Shown piece by piece: positions 62,971 through 64,000 of a stretch of DNA of 64,000 nt. The position numbers were made by a program, and so were the translations under genes. A model generated the notes under the pieces. That model was not told the origin of the DNA. It made no database searches and saw nothing but the letters and a program-made list of their open reading frames with translations. Numbering within the stretch: position 1 is the first letter of the stretch; the number at the start of each line of letters is the position of its first letter. Source of the stretch: Prorocentrum cordatum (lineage: Eukaryota); contig CAUYUJ010000248.1 in assembly GCA_963575745.1 (NCBI GenBank), forward strand, positions 248,001 through 312,000. Reading direction: 5' to 3'.

Positions 62971-64000
62971 AGTGCAAACGTGGAGGAGGATGAAGATCAT
63001 AGGCCCTGGGGGGGTCGCTGGGGGGGTGGGACCAAGCAACAAACAGCCGACGATTCTCATACGCGTGATGATAGAATGTAACTTGTCGAACACGGCCTGA
63101 AAAGGTCCACAGGCGGCCCATGAAGGCGGCATATCAGTCCAGTGGGACGCCTACTGAACCCAATGTTTTCCGAAACGGCCCAAGAAGTCCCGCGATGCCG
63201 CCGAACCCCGTTCAAAAACACGTGCACTTCAACTTGCGCGTTCGGACGGTTGTCAGTTTGAATATTTCGGGCGCCCACAGGGCCTGGGCACAGCCCGAAA
63301 CGGCTCATGGAAGCCCTGGGAGATCCAGGACAGCTTGAGATGGCTCAAGAGAGCCCGTATATGCCACCCGTGTGGGATCCCAAAGGCACCCGCGACAAGG
63401 CGGGGCGGTGGCGGTGACGGCGGGTGATGGCGAAGTCGCCATTGCCCAGAGTCTGGCCCCGACTGGACACCTGCCAGCGGGCGGACGCGTCGCTCTTGCA
63501 AGCGCTCGCAACTCCTGATTCCGATTGCAAAAGTCGGCGCGCGCCGACTGCCCCGCCGACTGCAGCCGCCGCCGAGTCGGACCCCCGCCAGCCGCCACAC
63601 CCGCGGACACCTCAGTCCCGATCAGCCGCCCTAGTGCCTCGACCTCTTCTTGGTGGAGAGATTGGACACTGGCCAGTTGTCCACGCCCGCGACCTTCGCG
63701 CGGGCCGCCCGCAGGATCTCCTGCGCCGCCGACGGCTCGCGGCGGCGTCTGCGCTCCAGTGGAGCGCCCGGCGCCTCGCCCGGCGGCGTCTGCGCTCCAG
63801 TGGAGCGCCCGGCGCTTCGCCCGAGGAAGTTGTCTGCTCCCGCGCGAGGTGCAGATTGCCGCGGCGCCTGGTCGAACACCGCGACGGCGGACGTCGCGCC
63901 TGCCTTGTATTCGCAGTGCCGAATTCGCCTGGCGGTGCGCGTGCCGAGAGCTCATACAAACGGCATCCGCTCATACGTCGCCCATAAGTTGAGCTTCGCC

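Noticed and set aside
63341..63349. TGGCTCAAG match to the 3' end of the dinoflagellate spliced leader (also minus strand at 56910-56918)
   Set aside because: Only 9 nt, which is expected by chance in 64 kb. The upstream CCGTAGCCATTT is absent and this site is part of a cttgag/ctcaag hairpin.

Overview
Repeat-dominated, GC-rich eukaryotic DNA with two 100-N scaffold gaps. The GA/GC splice donors, AG|G junctions, tiny exons in repeat-filled introns and the microsatellite load suggest a dinoflagellate, possibly Prorocentrum-like; this is inference, not a database result. Most long ORFs in the track are microsatellite or satellite artefacts. Supportable content: (1) a decayed minus-strand non-LTR retrotransposon at ~18.75-25.25 kb (APE endonuclease, RT, C-terminal Zn-finger-like motifs) that carries an extra ~329-aa ORF downstream of, and overlapping, the RT ORF, which is the most unusual feature here; (2) a second LINE 3' fragment at ~7.9-9.2 kb (RNase H, Cys motif, 26-aa repeats); (3) a plus-strand spliced gene for a single-domain 6-TM voltage-gated cation channel at ~26.9-32.95 kb, whose whole channel core sits in one 1.2-kb exon; (4) a plus-strand multi-exon gene of unknown function at ~49.9-59.0 kb, rebuilt by hand from phase-compatible micro-exons, with introns filled by a satellite and nested inverted elements; (5) many MITE-like elements, dispersed repeats, tandem arrays and microsatellites. 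No rRNA, tRNA or CRISPR array was recognised. All exon models are manual and need RNA-seq support.
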